Below are positions 1-9,908 of a stretch of DNA of 64,000 bases, piece after piece (the stretch's first letter is position 1; every line of letters starts with the position of its first letter). This DNA is from Escherichia coli (GTDB taxonomy: Bacteria > Pseudomonadota > Gammaproteobacteria > Enterobacterales > Enterobacteriaceae), in the NCBI RefSeq assembly GCF_046105845.1, contig NZ_CP151004.1; one strand, 5' to 3'. A model generated the notes under the pieces. The model saw nothing but the letters and a program-made list of their open reading frames with translations. It did not search any database and was not told the DNA's origin. A program made the position numbers and the translations under genes.

Positions 1-612
1 GGCGAATTTCCGGCAGCTTATGCGAGATAAAAACAATACCCACGCCAGTAGCAAGCAGCTCCCGCAAGCGACTAAACAAGCGTTCGGTTTCCGCAGGGGT
101 AAGCGAGGCGGTAGGTTCATCGAGGATCAGAATCTGCGAGTCGCGCATCAGCCCACGGAGGATTTCCACCATTTGGCGATCGGCGACATCCAGCGATCCT
201 GCCAGACTATGCAGATCAAACTGGCAGCCCAGCGCCACCAGCAAGTTATTCATTTTCTGTATGGAGAGTTGTTTTTTTGCCAGACCAAACAGGATGTTTT
301 CTTTTATCGACAGGCTTGGAAAAAGCAGCGGTTCCTGGGGAACGAGATAAATGCCCAGCTGATGAGCATGAACTGGCGTTAATCTGGTGTAGTTGTTGCC
401 CCCAATCTCAAGCGTACCGCTATCAGCAGGGGTAATACCGGCAATAATCTTCATTAACGTCGATTTACCGGCACCATTGCCGCCGAGCAGGGCGTGGACC
501 TCCCCCTGGTGCAACGTAAAATCGATGCCTTTCAGGACATTAACCCCTGAATACTGTTTATAAACCGAGCGGGCGCAAAGTAGCGGTAACGCGCGGGTAT
601 CACTCGTTTGCA
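1..612 (-). CDS. lsrA: AI-2 ABC transporter ATP-binding protein LsrA, N-terminal part (continues beyond window start)
   Basis: Minus-strand translation from ATG at 612..610 gives [32 protein letters not shown]...GGNGAGKST (Walker A); divergent from lsrR as in the known lsr locus. The + ORF 20..382 is its antisense shadow. Confidence 0.9.
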
Positions 613-634
613 TATTTCCCCCGTTCAGTTTTGC

Positions 635-667
635 AGGTGAGTTTTGAACAAATGTATTTTTGCTTTT
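635..667. promoter_or_regulatory. Perfect 9-bp inverted repeat TGAACAAAT-N15-ATTTGTTCA in the lsrA/lsrR divergent promoter region; candidate repressor (LsrR) operator
   Basis: Inverted repeat read directly; location between divergent lsrA and lsrR. Assignment to LsrR is inference. Confidence 0.35.
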
Positions 668-777
668 AATTTGTTCATAACCTTAGGCGGGCATTGCATA
701 TATTTCCGACGAATAGATCACAATTTATGCTATTTTGATTTTCACGGTTGCGTTTGTTCATGCTCGTAGAGTCAAAC

Positions 778-793
778 TGTGGTTGCTATCACA
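778..793. promoter_or_regulatory. CRP-like site TGTGG-N6-TCACA in lsr intergenic region
   Basis: Matches CRP consensus TGTGA-N6-TCACA in 4/5 + 5/5 positions; lsr operon is known to be cAMP-CRP dependent. Confidence 0.45.
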
Positions 794-861
794 GATATAA
801 ATGCGCAAGAACTGAACAATTGCATTAAAGATTTAAATATGTTCAAAGTGAAGAATGAATT

Positions 862-1815
862 ATGACAATCAACGATTCGGCAATTTCAGAACAGGGAATG
901 TGTGAAGAAGAACAGGTCGCGCGGATCGCGTGGTTTTACTACCACGACGGGCTGACCCAGAGCGAGATCAGCGATCGTCTCGGGCTGACCCGTTTGAAAG
1001 TGTCGCGATTACTGGAGAAAGGGCATCAGTCCGGCATTATTCGCGTGCAGATTAATTCTCGCTTTGAAGGCTGTCTGGAATATGAAACACAATTACGTCG
1101 TCAGTTTTCGCTACAACATTTCCGGGTGATCCCTGGGCTTGCGGATGCTGATGTCGGCGGGCGACTGGGGATAGGCGCGGCGCATATGTTGATGAGTTTA
1201 CTTCAACCACAACAGATGCTGGCGATTGGTTTTGGCGAGGCAACCATGAATACGCTGCAACGCTTAAGTGGTTTTATTTCGTCACAGCAAATTCGCTTGG
1301 TCACGCTCTCCGGTGGCGTCGGTTCTTATATGACGGGTATCGGGCAGCTTAACGCGGCGTGCAGTGTGAATATTATTCCGGCTCCGTTGCGGGCATCCTC
1401 CGCTGACATTGCCCGTACGCTAAAAAATGAAGATTGCGTCAAAGACGTTCTGCTAGCCGCGCAAGCAGCGGATGTGGCGATTGTCGGCATTGGGGCTGTG
1501 AGTCAACAAGACGACGCAACAATCATTCGCTCCGGCTATATCAGCCAGGGCGAACAGTTAATGATTGGTCGAAAAGGGGCGGTTGGCGACATTTTAGGCT
1601 ACTTTTTTGATGCAAAAGGTGACGTTGTCACGGATATTAAAATACATAACGAACTGATTGGCTTACCTTTAAGCGCGCTGAAGACCATTCCCGTCCGGGT
1701 TGGCGTAGCAGGGGGAGAAAATAAAGCCGAAGCCATTGCCGCTGCAATGAAAGGCGGCTATATCAACGCACTGGTTACCGATCAGGACACAGCAGCGGCG
1801 ATTTTACGTAGTTAA
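862..1815 (+). CDS. lsrR: lsr operon transcriptional repressor LsrR (SorC family)
   Basis: 317-aa [54 protein letters not shown]...; near-identical to remembered K-12 LsrR. Confidence 0.95.
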   Translation: MTINDSAISEQGMCEEEQVARIAWFYYHDGLTQSEISDRLGLTRLKVSRLLEKGHQSGIIRVQINSRFEGCLEYETQLRRQFSLQHFRVIPGLADADVGGRLGIGAAHMLMSLLQPQQMLAIGFGEATMNTLQRLSGFISSQQIRLVTLSGGVGSYMTGIGQLNAACSVNIIPAPLRASSADIARTLKNEDCVKDVLLAAQAADVAIVGIGAVSQQDDATIIRSGYISQGEQLMIGRKGAVGDILGYFFDAKGDVVTDIKIHNELIGLPLSALKTIPVRVGVAGGENKAEAIAAAMKGGYINALVTDQDTAAAILRS

Positions 1816-1893
1816 ATTTGCATGACCTTATTACCGGGAATGATGGAGAACGTATAGAGGAACAGACAGAACGCATAAGCCGAGGATAATCTA

Positions 1894-3486
1894 ATGGCTC
1901 GACTCTTTACCCCTTCAGAATCAAAGTACTACCTGATGGCGCTGGATGCAGGCACCGGAAGTATTCGGGCTGTGATATTCGACCTGGAAGGCAATCAAAT
2001 AGCAGTGGGACAGGCGGAGTGGCGGCACCTGGCAGTACCGGACGTTCCTGGTTCTATGGAGTTTGATCTCAACAAAAACTGGCAACTGGCGTGTGAGTGT
2101 ATGCGCCAGGCGCTTCACAACGCCGGCATAGCCCCGGAGTATATCGCTGCCGTTTCGGCATGTTCGATGCGCGAAGGCATTGTTTTATATAACAATGAAG
2201 GAACACCGATCTGGGCCTGCGCCAATGTGGATGCCAGAGCGGCGCGCGAAGTTAGCGAACTTAAAGAACTGCACAACAATACCTTTGAAAACGAAGTTTA
2301 TCGCGCCACCGGACAAACGCTGGCTTTAAGCGCTATTCCCAGATTACTTTGGCTGGCGCACCATCGTTCCGATATTTACCGTCAGGCATCAACCATCACC
2401 ATGATCAGCGACTGGCTGGCCTATATGCTCAGCGGCGAACTGGCGGTGGATCCCTCTAACGCTGGCACCACGGGACTTCTTGATCTAACCACCCGTGACT
2501 GGAAACCTGCATTGCTGGATATGGCCGGACTGCGGGCCGATATTCTTTCTCCTGTCAAAGAAACCGGCACATTGCTGGGCGTGGTAAGTTCACAAGCGGC
2601 GGAACTCTGCGGTCTGAAGGCGGGCACTCCGGTGGTCGTTGGAGGAGGCGACGTGCAACTTGGTTGCCTGGGGTTAGGCGTTGTGCGTCCGGCACAAACC
2701 GCTGTTCTTGGCGGCACATTCTGGCAGCAAGTTGTAAACTTAGCCGCGCCGGTGACAGACCCAGAAATGAACGTGCGCGTTAATCCTCATGTTATTCCTG
2801 GCATGGTACAAGCTGAATCTATAAGCTTTTTTACCGGACTCACCATGCGCTGGTTCCGCGATGCTTTCTGTGCCGAAGAAAAACTGATTGCCGAACGTTT
2901 AGGCATCGACACCTATACGCTGCTGGAAGAGATGGCAAGTCGGGTGCCGCCTGGGTCGTGGGGCGTAATGCCGATATTCTCCGACAGAATGCGCTTTAAA
3001 ACCTGGTATCACGCTGCGCCTTCCTTTATTAATTTGTCTATTGATCCGGATAAATGTAACAAAGCGACGTTGTTCCGTGCGCTGGAAGAAAATGCGGCGA
3101 TTGTATCAGCGTGTAACTTGCAGCAAATCGCTGATTTCTCGAATATTCATCCTTCATCGTTAGTCTTTGCAGGCGGAGGTTCAAAAGGGAAATTATGGAG
3201 TCAAATTCTCGCTGATGTCTCGGGATTACCCGTCAATATTCCAGTGGTCAAAGAAGCCACCGCATTAGGATGTGCCATTGCAGCTGGCGTCGGTGCCGGA
3301 ATTTTTTCATCAATGGCAGAAACCGGAGAACGCCTGGTTCGCTGGGAACGGACGCACACACCAGACCCGGAAAAGCATGAACTTTATCAGGATTCACGCG
3401 ATAAGTGGCAGGCAGTTTATCAGGATCAGCTGGGGCTGGTTGATCACGGGCTGACGACGTCGTTATGGAAAGCGCCTGGGTTATAG
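1894..3486 (+). CDS. lsrK: autoinducer-2 kinase LsrK (FGGY carbohydrate kinase family)
   Basis: 530-aa [33 protein letters not shown]...; matches K-12 LsrK; directly downstream of lsrR. Confidence 0.95.
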   Translation: MARLFTPSESKYYLMALDAGTGSIRAVIFDLEGNQIAVGQAEWRHLAVPDVPGSMEFDLNKNWQLACECMRQALHNAGIAPEYIAAVSACSMREGIVLYNNEGTPIWACANVDARAAREVSELKELHNNTFENEVYRATGQTLALSAIPRLLWLAHHRSDIYRQASTITMISDWLAYMLSGELAVDPSNAGTTGLLDLTTRDWKPALLDMAGLRADILSPVKETGTLLGVVSSQAAELCGLKAGTPVVVGGGDVQLGCLGLGVVRPAQTAVLGGTFWQQVVNLAAPVTDPEMNVRVNPHVIPGMVQAESISFFTGLTMRWFRDAFCAEEKLIAERLGIDTYTLLEEMASRVPPGSWGVMPIFSDRMRFKTWYHAAPSFINLSIDPDKCNKATLFRALEENAAIVSACNLQQIADFSNIHPSSLVFAGGGSKGKLWSQILADVSGLPVNIPVVKEATALGCAIAAGVGAGIFSSMAETGERLVRWERTHTPDPEKHELYQDSRDKWQAVYQDQLGLVDHGLTTSLWKAPGL

Positions 3487-3493
3487 TTTCATT

Positions 3494-3531
3494 GACAGCC
3501 ACATCATGATGACCGTGGCTGTTAGTTTTTG
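3494..3531 (+). terminator. Rho-independent terminator after lsrK
   Basis: Hairpin ACAGCCAC-loop-GTGGCTGT followed by TTAGTTTTT. Confidence 0.6.
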
Positions 3532-4009
3532 AGTATTCTTATTTCCCTTCTTTTAGATCTGGTTTGTTAAATGCCAGCTTGCAGATTCATCGTTCCATCG
3601 CCAGTAATATATTCAAGGGGAAATTGCTATTTTTCTTAAAATATTAAGCATAACCCTTATTTTATAGCGAATATTCCTAAAGACATAAATGAATGAAAAA
3701 GAGTTTTAATAGAGTTCTTTTTTAGCAATTAATGCTATTCTTTGTTAAATATGATGATGGTAATTTTCTTATTGAAAGAAACATTTTTCTTATTAAGCAA
3801 CAATAACTCATGGTTCATTTTTAAATAAAATAAGAACTATGCAATTTTTAATCTATCAATTCGAAAGTATTAGCAAATGAGCCAAATTGACACCTTCCCA
3901 CCTCCAACCAACACTCAATACAGACCTCTGACAACTTAATAAGTTTCATTTTTAACGTCTGATGACTCATCTCTTTCGTGGCTGTATTGTTTGTATATGG
4001 AGCGTTTAT

Positions 4010-7000
4010 ATGAATAGAATCTATCGCGTGATATGGAATTGCACCCTACAGGTATTTCAGGCCTGCTCGGAATTAACTCGCAGGGTAGGTAAAACATCAA
4101 CGGTTAATTTGCGTAAATCCTCTGGACTGACAACGAAATTCAGTAGATTGACGCTGGGTGTTTTGCTGGCACTAAGCGGTTCAGCGTCTGGTGCGAGTCT
4201 GGAAGTTGATAATGATCAGATTATCAATATTGATACTGATGTTGCTTATGATGCCTACCTGGTTGGGTGGTATGGCACTGGAGTGCTTAATATTTTGGCT
4301 GGCGGTAATGCCTCCTTAACCACTATTACTACCAGCGTCATTGGTGGTAATGAGAACTCGAAGGGCACCGTTAATGTTTTGGGTGGCACCTGGCGATTGT
4401 ATGATAGCGGAAATAATGCAAGGCCTTTAAATGTGGGCCAATCCGGAACGGGGATGCTGAATATTAAACAGAAGGGGCACGTTGACGGAGGCTATTTAAG
4501 ATTAGGTACTCAAGCTGTAGGCGTCGGGATGGTTAATGTTGAGGGAGAGGACTCGGTTCTGACGACCGAATTATTCGAAATAGGGAGTTACGGTACAGGC
4601 TCATTAAATATTACGGATAAGGGTTACGTCACGAGTTCAATCGTCGCCATTGTAGGATATCAGGCGAACAGCACTGGTAAGGTTGTCGTTGAAAAGGGTG
4701 GCGAGTGGCTAATAAAAAATAATGATTCCTCAATTGAATTTCAAATTGGTAATCAAGGAACTGGGGAGGCGACTATTCGCGAGGGTGGACTGATTACGGC
4801 TGAAAATACGATTATCGGTGGCAATGCCACCGGTATCGGAACCCTGAATGTGCAGGATCAAGACTCTGTCATCACGGTACGCAGAGTCTATAATGGATAT
4901 TTCGGTAATGGCACAGTCAATATTTCCAATAATGGACTGATTAATAATAAAGAATATTCATTGGTGGGCGTTCAGGACGGGTCCCACGGTGTCGTCAACG
5001 TGACCAATAAAGGGCATTGGAATTTCCTCGGAACGGGCGAAGCTTTCCGCTATATCTATATCGGTGATGCTGGCGACGGTGAACTTAATGTCTCTAGTGA
5101 AGGCAAAGTAGATTCGGGAATTATCACTGCGGGGATGAAAGAAACAGGCACAGGCAACATTACTATTAAGGATAAGAACTCCATTATCACTAATCTCGGA
5201 ACTAATCTTGGTTATGACGGCCACGGCGAAATGAATATCAGTAATGAGGGGCTTGTTATCAGCAACGGAGGAAGCTCACTCGGTTATGGAGAAACCGGCG
5301 TCGGGAAGGTTAGCATCACCACGGGGGGGATGTGGGAGGTCAATAAGAATGTCTATACCACCATTGGTGTTGCGGGCGTCGGAAACCTCAATATCAGCGA
5401 TGGCGGTAAGTTCGTATCGCAAAATATTACTTTTTTGGGCGATAAAGCAAGCGGTATCGGCACACTGAACCTGATGGATGCGACATCATCGTTCGATACT
5501 GTAGGTATCAATGTCGGTAATTTTGGTAGCGGCATCGTAAATGTCAGTAATGGTGCCACCCTTAATTCAACGGGCTATGGATTTATCGGAGGAAATGCCT
5601 CCGGTAAGGGGATAGTTAATATTTCAACGGATAGTCTCTGGAATTTAAAAACGTCATCTACTAACGCCCAATTGTTACAGGTCGGTGTATTAGGCACGGG
5701 TGAACTGAATATTAGCACCGGAGGTATAGTTAAAGCGCGTGATACACAAATAGCTCTCAATGACAAAAGTAAGGGCGACGTGCGGGTGGATGGGCAGAAC
5801 TCTCTTCTTGAAACATTCAATATGAACGTAGGGACGACTGGCACAGGTACGTTAACCCTGACGAATAACGGTACGCTGAATGTCGAAGGTGGAGAAGTTT
5901 ACTTAGGTGTTTTTGCGCCTGCTGTAGGAACGCTAAACATTGGTGCTGCTCACGGTGAGGCGGCGGCAGATGCCGGATTTATCACCAATGCGACGAAAGT
6001 GGAGTTTGGTCTTGGCGAAGGCGTTTTTGTCTTTAATCATACCAATAACAGTGATGCCGGCTACCAGGTCGATATGCTGATTACGGGTGACGATAAAGAC
6101 GGAAAAGTGATGCATGATGCAGGCCATACGGTGTTCAATGCAGGGAATACTTATAGCGGTAAAACGTTGGTCAATGGCGGCCTCCTGACCATTGCGTCAC
6201 ATACGGCAGATGGGGTAACGGGCATGGGTTCGAGTGAAGTAACCATTGCAAACCCCGGTACGCTCGACATTCTCGCATCAACGAACAGTGCAGGAGATTA
6301 CACGCTGACCAATGCGCTCAAAGGCGATGGCTTGATGCGAGTGCAGCTGTCATCCTCCGACAAAATGTTTGGCTTTACCCATGCAACAGGAACTGAATTC
6401 GCCGGTGTTGCCCAACTGAAAGACAGTACCTTCACACTGGAACGCGACAACACCGCTGCGCTTACTCACGCGATGCTTCAGTCTGACAGTGAAAATACCA
6501 CATCGGTAAAAGTGGGAGAGCAATCCATTGGTGGACTAGCCATGAATGGCGGTACGCTCACTTTCGATACGGATATACCTGCTGCGACGCTCGCGGAGGG
6601 ATATATCAGCGTCGATACGCTGGTTGTCGGCGCGGGTGACTACACCTGGAAAGGCCGTAACTATCAGGTAAACGGGACGGGCGACGTGCTTATCGACGTG
6701 CCTAAACCGTGGAATGATCCCATGGCGAATAACCCTCTGACGACGCTCAATTTGCTGGAACACGATGATAGTCATGTCGGCGTTCAACTGGTGAAGGCGC
6801 AAACGGTTATTGGGTCGGGTGGCTCATTAACGTTACGTGATTTACAGGGCGACGAGGTGGAAGCGGACAAAACGTTACATATTGCACAAAACGGGACAGT
6901 GGTCGCCGAGGGTGATTATGGATTCCGCCTCACGACCGCTCCTGGTGATGGTTTGTATGTTAACTATGGGCTGAAAGCGCTGAACATCCATGGTGGGCAA

Positions 7001-9430
7001 AAGCTGACGTTAGCCGAACATGGCGGAGCCTATGGCGCAACGGCCGATATGTCGGCAAAAATCGGTGGTGAAGGGGATCTGGCAATCAATACGGTGCGAC
7101 AGGTTTCGCTTTCTAACGGTCAGAACGACTATCAGGGGGCAACCTACGTTCAGATGGGGACATTACGTACCGATGCGGATGGCGCTCTGGGCAATACTCG
7201 GGAACTGAACATCAGCAACGCGGCCATCGTCGATCTTAATGGATCGGAGCAGACGGTAGAGACATTCACCGGGCTGATGGGTTCGACTATTTTGTTCAAA
7301 GAAGGTTCGCTGACGGTGAATAAAGGTGGGATCAGTCAGGGCGAACTGACAGGTGGCGGAAACCTGAATGTTACAGGGGGAACACTGGCTATCGAGGGGC
7401 TTAATGCACGCTACAATGCGTTAACCAGCATTAGCCCAAATGCGGAAGTCAGCCTCGACAATACGCAGGGGTTAGGCAGAGGAAATATTGCCAATGACGG
7501 TCTGTTAACGCTAAAAAACGTGACCGGCAAACTGCGCAATAGCATAAGCGGTAAAGGTATCGTGAGCGCAACCGCCAGCACAGACGTAGAGCTGGATGGC
7601 GATAATAGCCGCTTTGTGGGGCAATTCAACATCGATGCAGGCAGCGCGCTCAGCGTCAACGAGCAGAAAAACCTGGGTGATGCTTCCGTTATCAATAATG
7701 GCCTGCTCACCATCGCCACTGAGCGTAGCTGGGCGATGACGCACAGTATCACCGGTAGCGGCGATGTGACAAAACTGGGGACCGGGATCCTGACTCTTAA
7801 CAACGATTCCGCGGCGTATCAGGGTACGACGGATATCGTGGGTGGTGAAATTGCTTTCGGTTCCGACTCTGCCATTAATATGGCAAGTCAGCACATTAAT
7901 ATCCATAACAGCGGTGTGATGTCGGGAAATGTCACCACTGCAGGTGATGTGAACGTTATGCCAGGGGGGACACTGCGTGTCGCTAAAACCACTGTCGGCG
8001 GTAACCTGGAGAATGGTGGCACGGTTCAAATGAACAGCGAAGGGGGGAAACCGGGGAATGTACTGACCGTTAACGGCAACTATACCGGAAACAATGGCCT
8101 GATGACGTTCAACGCGACGCTGGGTGGCGATAATTCGCCCACGGATAAAATGAACGTGAAAGGCGATACCCAAGGGAATACTCGCGTTCGGGTTGATAAC
8201 ATTGGCGGCGTCGGTGCACAAACGGTCAACGGTATTGAACTCATTGAGGTTGGCGGTAATTCTGCAGGTAAATTCGCGCTGACCACCGGAACTGTCGAAG
8301 CTGGGGCTTACGTCTACACGCTGGCTAAAGGGAAGGGGAATGACGAGAAAAACTGGTATCTGACCAGTAAATGGGACGGCGTAACGCCAGCGGATACACC
8401 CGATCCCATCAATAATCCCCCTGTTGTGGATCCGGAAGGCCCATCAGTTTATCGCCCGGAGGCCGGAAGCTATATCAGCAACATTGCCGCAGCCAACTCG
8501 CTGTTTAGCCATCGCTTACACGACCGTCTGGGTGAGCCGCAGTATACAGATTCACTGCATTCTCAGGGTTCGGCAAGCAGTATGTGGATGCGTCATGTCG
8601 GGGGGCACGAACGTTTCAGGACCGGTGACGGCCAGCTAAATATTCAGGCTAACCGCTATGTATTGCAGCTAGGAGGCGATTTGGCGCAGTGGAGTAGCAA
8701 CGCGCAGGATCGCTGGCATCTCGGCATCATGGCAGGCTATGCCAATCAGCACAGTAATACTCAGAGTAATCATGTGGGTTATAAATCGGATGGGCGCATC
8801 AGCGGTTACAGCGCAGGACTGTACGCGACCTGGTATCAGAACGATGCGAATAAGACCGGCGCTTATGTTGACAGCTGGGCGCTGTATAACTGGTTTGATA
8901 ACAGCGTCAGTTCCGATAACCGTTCTGCTGACGACTATGATTCTCGCGGTGTGACGGCCTCTGTTGAGGGGGGGTATACCTTTGAAGCGGGAACATTTAG
9001 CGGCAGCGAAGGGACGCTGAATACCTGGTACGTCCAGCCACAGGTACAAATCACCTGGATGGGTGTGAAAGATTCTGACCATACCCGGAAAGACGGAACA
9101 CGCATTGAAACGGAAGGCGACGGAAACGTGCAAACGCGACTTGGGGTGAAAACCTACCTGAACAGCCATCACCAGCGTGACGATGGTAAACAGCGTGAGT
9201 TCCAGCCTTACATTGAAGCGAACTGGATCAACAACAGCAAAGTCTACGCCGTGAAGATGAATGGTCAAACCGTAAGCCGTGATGGTGCGCGTAATCTCGG
9301 TGAAGTACGTACCGGGGTTGAGGCGAAAGTAAATAACAACCTTAGCCTGTGGGGGAATGTCGGTGTGCAACTAGGTGATAAAGGCTATAGCGATACTCAG
9401 GGCATGCTGGGAGTGAAATATATCTGGTAA
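4010..9430 (+). CDS. ydeK: Large type Va autotransporter adhesin (full length, 1806 aa) with extended signal peptide region, repetitive beta-helix passenger and C-terminal beta-barrel
   Basis: Start at MNRIYRVIWNCTLQVF (ESPR-like) with GGAG RBS 7 nt upstream; many GTGxLNI/GNASG passenger repeats; C-terminus ends ...LGVKYIW (aromatic terminal residue). Locus position between lsrK and hipB matches ydeK/yneO, which I recall as a pseudogene in K-12. Confidence 0.85.
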   Translation: MNRIYRVIWNCTLQVFQACSELTRRVGKTSTVNLRKSSGLTTKFSRLTLGVLLALSGSASGASLEVDNDQIINIDTDVAYDAYLVGWYGTGVLNILAGGNASLTTITTSVIGGNENSKGTVNVLGGTWRLYDSGNNARPLNVGQSGTGMLNIKQKGHVDGGYLRLGTQAVGVGMVNVEGEDSVLTTELFEIGSYGTGSLNITDKGYVTSSIVAIVGYQANSTGKVVVEKGGEWLIKNNDSSIEFQIGNQGTGEATIREGGLITAENTIIGGNATGIGTLNVQDQDSVITVRRVYNGYFGNGTVNISNNGLINNKEYSLVGVQDGSHGVVNVTNKGHWNFLGTGEAFRYIYIGDAGDGELNVSSEGKVDSGIITAGMKETGTGNITIKDKNSIITNLGTNLGYDGHGEMNISNEGLVISNGGSSLGYGETGVGKVSITTGGMWEVNKNVYTTIGVAGVGNLNISDGGKFVSQNITFLGDKASGIGTLNLMDATSSFDTVGINVGNFGSGIVNVSNGATLNSTGYGFIGGNASGKGIVNISTDSLWNLKTSSTNAQLLQVGVLGTGELNISTGGIVKARDTQIALNDKSKGDVRVDGQNSLLETFNMNVGTTGTGTLTLTNNGTLNVEGGEVYLGVFAPAVGTLNIGAAHGEAAADAGFITNATKVEFGLGEGVFVFNHTNNSDAGYQVDMLITGDDKDGKVMHDAGHTVFNAGNTYSGKTLVNGGLLTIASHTADGVTGMGSSEVTIANPGTLDILASTNSAGDYTLTNALKGDGLMRVQLSSSDKMFGFTHATGTEFAGVAQLKDSTFTLERDNTAALTHAMLQSDSENTTSVKVGEQSIGGLAMNGGTLTFDTDIPAATLAEGYISVDTLVVGAGDYTWKGRNYQVNGTGDVLIDVPKPWNDPMANNPLTTLNLLEHDDSHVGVQLVKAQTVIGSGGSLTLRDLQGDEVEADKTLHIAQNGTVVAEGDYGFRLTTAPGDGLYVNYGLKALNIHGGQKLTLAEHGGAYGATADMSAKIGGEGDLAINTVRQVSLSNGQNDYQGATYVQMGTLRTDADGALGNTRELNISNAAIVDLNGSEQTVETFTGLMGSTILFKEGSLTVNKGGISQGELTGGGNLNVTGGTLAIEGLNARYNALTSISPNAEVSLDNTQGLGRGNIANDGLLTLKNVTGKLRNSISGKGIVSATASTDVELDGDNSRFVGQFNIDAGSALSVNEQKNLGDASVINNGLLTIATERSWAMTHSITGSGDVTKLGTGILTLNNDSAAYQGTTDIVGGEIAFGSDSAINMASQHINIHNSGVMSGNVTTAGDVNVMPGGTLRVAKTTVGGNLENGGTVQMNSEGGKPGNVLTVNGNYTGNNGLMTFNATLGGDNSPTDKMNVKGDTQGNTRVRVDNIGGVGAQTVNGIELIEVGGNSAGKFALTTGTVEAGAYVYTLAKGKGNDEKNWYLTSKWDGVTPADTPDPINNPPVVDPEGPSVYRPEAGSYISNIAAANSLFSHRLHDRLGEPQYTDSLHSQGSASSMWMRHVGGHERFRTGDGQLNIQANRYVLQLGGDLAQWSSNAQDRWHLGIMAGYANQHSNTQSNHVGYKSDGRISGYSAGLYATWYQNDANKTGAYVDSWALYNWFDNSVSSDNRSADDYDSRGVTASVEGGYTFEAGTFSGSEGTLNTWYVQPQVQITWMGVKDSDHTRKDGTRIETEGDGNVQTRLGVKTYLNSHHQRDDGKQREFQPYIEANWINNSKVYAVKMNGQTVSRDGARNLGEVRTGVEAKVNNNLSLWGNVGVQLGDKGYSDTQGMLGVKYIW

Positions 9431-9437
9431 ACCTTAT

Positions 9438-9472
9438 AAGCCGCATGTCGAAGATGGCATGCGGCTTAATAT
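9438..9472 (+). terminator. Terminator-like hairpin after autotransporter gene
   Basis: AAGCCGCATG-loop-CATGCGGCTT inverted repeat directly after stop; weak U tract. Confidence 0.45.
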
Positions 9473-9506
9473 TGCCGACTTCAAACGACTTTTAAATCCT
9501 CCTTTT

Positions 9507-9620
9507 TATCCGCGATCGCGGATATCACAGCGTTTATCCCGTAGAGCGGATAAAATGTGTTTCCTGATTGACTTTATCCCCACTAAAGGATAAAACTGAT
9601 AATATCCCCTTGAGCGGATA
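9507..9620 (+). promoter_or_regulatory. hipBA promoter with four HipB operator sites TATCC-N8-GGATA
   Basis: Four exact TATCC-N8-GGATA palindromes at 9507-9524, 9535-9552, 9575-9592, 9603-9620, immediately upstream of hipB. Confidence 0.9.
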
Positions 9621-9641
9621 AATATGCTGTGGACGTATGAC

Positions 9642-9908
9642 ATGATGAGCTTTCAGAAGATCTATAGCCCAACGCAATTAGCGAATGCAATGAAACTGGT
9701 TCGTCAGCAAAATGGCTGGACGCAGAGCGAGCTGGCGAAAAAAATCGGTATTAAGCAGGCGACAATTTCCAATTTCGAAAACAACCCTGACAATACCACG
9801 CTCACGACATTTTTTAAGATTTTACAGTCGCTTGAACTCTCAATGACGCTATGCGACACGAAAAATGCCTCGCCAGAATCAACAGAACAGCAAGATCTGG
9901 AGTGGTAA
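9642..9908 (+). CDS. hipB: HipB antitoxin (Xre-family HTH)
   Basis: 88-aa product MMSFQKIYSPTQLANAMKLVRQQNGWTQSELAKKIGIKQATISNFENNPDNTTL...; matches K-12 HipB; stop overlaps hipA start (TAATG). Confidence 0.95.
   Translation: MMSFQKIYSPTQLANAMKLVRQQNGWTQSELAKKIGIKQATISNFENNPDNTTLTTFFKILQSLELSMTLCDTKNASPESTEQQDLEW

Noticed and set aside
20-382. 120-aa + strand ORF at window start
   Set aside because: Lies antisense to the lsrA coding sequence (minus strand, 1..612), which translates to a clear ABC ATPase N-terminus; the + ORF has no recognisable features.
4200-8400. Possible DNA-level tandem repeats or CRISPR-like array suggested by recurring GTGxLNI motifs
   Set aside because: The periodicity is at the protein level (beta-helix repeats) with degenerate nucleotide sequence; no direct repeats with unique spacers, so not a CRISPR array or VNTR.
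8669-9370. 233-aa minus-strand ORF inside the autotransporter gene
   Set aside because: Completely embedded antisense within the autotransporter beta-barrel coding region; shadow ORF typical of long GC-balanced genes.
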